Assembly (NCBI GenBank): GCA_035458505.1
Contig: DATHZS010000050.1
Coordinates: forward strand, 6,173-70,172
Direction: 5' to 3'
DNA from: Anaerolineales bacterium
Lineage (GTDB): Bacteria > Chloroflexota > Anaerolineae > Anaerolineales > UBA11579
Length of the DNA: 64,000 bases
The notes under the pieces were generated by a model that was not told the DNA's origin, made no database searches, and worked only from the letters and a program-made list of their open reading frames with translations. The translations under genes and the position numbers were made by a program. Numbering within the stretch: position 1 is the first letter of the stretch; every line of letters begins with the position of its first letter. Below, one piece after another: positions 61,177 through 64,000 of the stretch.

Positions 61177-62598
61177 ATGACAAATCAAAACCTGGAACTT
61201 GACACCCGATCCGCTCGATATTCCTCCGTCCGAATTGTCCTCCTCCGTGTACTGGTAGCGAACCTGGCTGTAACGCTTCTGAAAATTGTTGTCGGAATTA
61301 TGACTGGTGTGCTGGCAGTCGTCGCCGATGGATTTCATTCTCTGGTCGATTCATCCTCCAATTTAATCGGTCTGGCAGCTATCAGCCTGGCCCGTCGTCC
61401 CGCAGACGATTCCCACCCGTATGGATACCAGCGTTATGAGACCTTAGGGGCTCTTTCGATTGGTGTGCTGATGCTGGTTGCCGCATGGGAAATTGCCAGC
61501 GCGATCATTGAACGGCACCTTCGGGGAGGCGAACCGGAGATCGATCTCATCTCCCTGGTTTTGGTCATGATGACCTTCCCTGTCAATCTGGTTGTGGTGA
61601 TCCTGGAACGCCGTTCCGGCAGGCAGTTGCAGTCAGAGATTTTGCTGGCAGACGCACGCCATACCCAGACAGATTTGTACGTGACCGGGTCTGTGCTATT
61701 TTCCCTGGTCGGGATCTGGCTCGGCTGGGTTTGGCTGGATTTGGTGGTCGCCGCGGGTGTGGTGGTGTTGATCGTGCGTTCCGCGATTGGAATTTTGCGG
61801 GATGCCTCTCTGTGGCTGACGGACAGAATGGTGGTGGATATAGATCAGGTGGCTGAGGTTGCCTACAGTGTGCCTGGGGTGTTGTTTGTCCACCGCATTC
61901 GTTCTCGTGGTACTCCTGAAGCCGCCTTTGTAGACCTGCACGTAAAAGTATCACCTTCGATGAGCACATCTCGTGCCCATGCAATCGCCTCAGAAGTCGA
62001 GCGGCGTATGGTGACAGAGGTTGAGACCGTCAAGGAAGTGCTCGTGCATATCGAACCGGCGAAGAAGGAAAGGCTTTCATTGTGGGACCGAATGGCTGAG
62101 GACATCCGCAGGCTGGCGGAAGGGCTTGGACTGGGCGTGCACGATTTACACATTCATGTCGGGGAATCCGAAGGGTACGTGGTTGAGATCCATCTGGAAT
62201 TCGACGATCAGATTTTATTGCGGGAGGCGCATGAACTTGCCGAACACTTCGAACTCGATGTTCAGCGCTACTGGCCGGAAGTCGAACAGGTCATCACTCA
62301 CCTGGAACCCTTGCCGCAAAAAGTGCTCACCCTGAAAAACACAGAAAGCACACACCTGGAAGAGAAAATTCTTCAGGTGATCAGCCGGATTGTGGAACAG
62401 GACCAAGTCAAGTCTCTGCACCTGTATCAGACTGCCGGACATCTCCACGCAAATTTGGTGCTGGTGTTCAATGAGGATATTTTATTGAACCAGGCTCATG
62501 AGATGGCTGAAAAAGTGGAACTTGTGTTGCGCAGTCAATTTTTAGACCTGGAACATGTCATGGTCCATGTGGAGCCGGTCATCAATGAAGCAAGATAA
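61177..62598 (+). CDS. Cation diffusion facilitator (CDF) metal efflux transporter with three tandem cytoplasmic C-terminal domains
   Basis: The TM core has DGFHSLVD and DARHTQTDL. Three repeats follow, each ending in H(I/L/V)EP: ...VLVHIEPA, ...VITHLEPL and ...VMVHVEPV. Confidence 0.85.
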   Translation: MTNQNLELDTRSARYSSVRIVLLRVLVANLAVTLLKIVVGIMTGVLAVVADGFHSLVDSSSNLIGLAAISLARRPADDSHPYGYQRYETLGALSIGVLMLVAAWEIASAIIERHLRGGEPEIDLISLVLVMMTFPVNLVVVILERRSGRQLQSEILLADARHTQTDLYVTGSVLFSLVGIWLGWVWLDLVVAAGVVVLIVRSAIGILRDASLWLTDRMVVDIDQVAEVAYSVPGVLFVHRIRSRGTPEAAFVDLHVKVSPSMSTSRAHAIASEVERRMVTEVETVKEVLVHIEPAKKERLSLWDRMAEDIRRLAEGLGLGVHDLHIHVGESEGYVVEIHLEFDDQILLREAHELAEHFELDVQRYWPEVEQVITHLEPLPQKVLTLKNTESTHLEEKILQVISRIVEQDQVKSLHLYQTAGHLHANLVLVFNEDILLNQAHEMAEKVELVLRSQFLDLEHVMVHVEPVINEAR

Positions 62599-62605
62599 TT
62601 AAAAG

Positions 62606-64000
62606 TTAACGATTGGGGGAAGTGGATGTCAGGCGGTAAATTTCGACAGGTTCGCTCTTGCCTTTTAAAATCTTGGATGTGACGAACTCAGCTTGGACCT
62701 TATCTTTGATGACCAGGTAGGTCTGTTTGCTGACCAGGATGGGGAACCCGAATTCTTTGGTCTGGTCTTGCAGACGGGCAGCCAGGTTGGCGGCATCTCC
62801 GATGACAGTATAGTTGACTCGCTGTTCGGAGCCAAGCAGGCCAACAAACACCTCGCCCGTGTTCAGCCCAATTCCCATATTAAGTCCCTCAGACAGGATT
62901 TTTTCCGAAAGCCAGGCTTTGTTCAGTTTTTGCAGCGCGGCGTTCATTTCCAGGGCAGCGAAGGCAGCCCGGATGGCGTGGTCTTTATGCGGGATTGGCT
63001 CGCCAAAAAAGGCGATGATCGCGTCTCCCTCGTATTTGTCCACCGTCCCGCCATATTGGTGAATGATCTCGCTCATCGTTTTCAGGTAAGGATTCAATAA
63101 AACAACCACGTCTTCTGGCTTCATCCTCTCAGAGAGTGAAGTGAAATCTCGCAGATCTGAAAACAGGATGGTCAATTCCGTGCGTTTATTCAGGCTGTTG
63201 ATATCCTGGGTCTCTAGCAGCTGGTCCACCATTTGAGGCGAGATAAACCGGCTGAATAAGCTGCGGACGCGGCGTTTCTCTATTTCCTGGCTGACTGCCT
63301 GCTCAAGGGTGGGGATCACGACACCCAGGATGAGCATCAGCAATGGGGAAACAATGGTGATCTGCAGGCCGCTGCGGTAGAAAATGAGCTGGCGTAAAGC
63401 CAGATAGGTGATGGCGGCGATTGACATCAGGAAAATGGTGAGTGTTGGCCTGGAGGAGGAGATCAGCAGTCTTGAGACGAGGGCCATCCCCAGAATGAGC
63501 AGCAACGCACCCCACGGTGGGGTCAGCGAGAGGTATTTCCCTGACAGTAAGGTGGCAATGGTATTCGCAACCACTTCAACTCCCGGGGTCAGGTTGGTGG
63601 CAGAGTAGGGTGTCGGGTACAGATCCTGCAGGGTTTCGCTAGAGGCACCGATCAGGACGATCTTATCCCTGAAGATAGATGGATCGTAATCCCCTTCAAT
63701 CAGGTATGCTGCGGAGTACGTTGGGTAGGTCTGTGGCGGTCCGGCATAATTAATCAGCAGTTCATTTCTTTGATTGAGGGGAATCTCATTCCCATTGAAC
63801 AGGATGGATGCCGGGGTTGGGTTGGACGGAGGAGCCGTGCCCAGATAGACCCTGGTGACTTCGAAAGCCCAGTTGTAATAGAACTCCCCTTCAAAATGTT
63901 TATAGCCGGTTACCCCGCGAACGATGGCATCATCGTCCCGTTCGATTTCTGTAATGCCAAAGCCATCAATCACGGGGAGGAAGAGTTCCTCTGGGATGTC
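62606..64000 (-). CDS. CHASE2 sensor + class III adenylate/guanylate cyclase, 5' end outside window
   Basis: The frame stays open upstream of the listed GTG 63973 to the window edge. The extracytoplasmic CHASE2-like part is followed by 3 TM helices. The cyclase domain is ELTILFSDLRDFTSLSE...DKYEGDAIIAFFG...GLNTGEVFVG..G....YTVIGDAANLAARL. Confidence 0.85.
   Translation of the reverse strand, partial: DIPEELFLPVIDGFGITEIERDDDAIVRGVTGYKHFEGEFYYNWAFEVTRVYLGTAPPSNPTPASILFNGNEIPLNQRNELLINYAGPPQTYPTYSAAYLIEGDYDPSIFRDKIVLIGASSETLQDLYPTPYSATNLTPGVEVVANTIATLLSGKYLSLTPPWGALLLILGMALVSRLLISSSRPTLTIFLMSIAAITYLALRQLIFYRSGLQITIVSPLLMLILGVVIPTLEQAVSQEIEKRRVRSLFSRFISPQMVDQLLETQDINSLNKRTELTILFSDLRDFTSLSERMKPEDVVVLLNPYLKTMSEIIHQYGGTVDKYEGDAIIAFFGEPIPHKDHAIRAAFAALEMNAALQKLNKAWLSEKILSEGLNMGIGLNTGEVFVGLLGSEQRVNYTVIGDAANLAARLQDQTKEFGFPILVSKQTYLVIKDKVQAEFVTSKILKGKSEPVEIYRLTSTSPNR

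Overview
Densely coding 64-kb chromosomal window with about 60 protein genes. I found no rRNA, tRNA, CRISPR array, transposase or phage genes. Most of it is housekeeping. There is an origin-proximal-type cluster on the minus strand (rpmH-rnpA-yidD-[PQQ propeller lipoprotein]-yidC-jag, then pfkB-like kinase-parA-parB). A ribosomal operon rplU-rpmA-rpmE sits divergent to rpmH. Other conserved units are rpsU-infA-carD, gap-pgk-tpiA, ruvB-DUF2905-queA-pdp, tdk-hpt-cca, xseAB, recJ, upp, a thiolase-hbd pair and a class A PBP. YidC is the short (268 aa) monoderm type and several proteins carry Pro/Thr linkers. GC content looks moderate by eye (not computed). Together this suggests a Chloroflexota/Anaerolineae-like or other monoderm-type bacterium, but that is inference only. 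Signalling genes are frequent: two PAS-SGDEF diguanylate cyclases, a CHASE2 class III cyclase, an FHA-wHTH regulator paired with a tail-anchored Ser/Thr kinase, and two DarA/PstA-like (c-di-AMP receptor family) modules. The most interesting locus is 52166-54279. It encodes an NhaP-type cation/proton antiporter whose C-terminal 106 aa looks like a DarA/PstA PII-fold domain, followed 3 nt later by a free-standing short DarA-like paralogue. I know of no described architecture like this for c-di-AMP-type control of cation/proton antiport. Other notable items: L31 fused to an RNAP alpha-CTD-like helix-hairpin-helix domain; L21 with a KT-repeat tail encoded by an 18-bp tandem repeat; a CDF transporter with three tandem cytoplasmic domains; a tightly coupled AAA+-GDPD-GH3-LspA operon; three candidate leaderless mRNAs; and two unannotated small ORFs. 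All calls come from reading the translations and sequence by eye. No database search or folding calculation was run.
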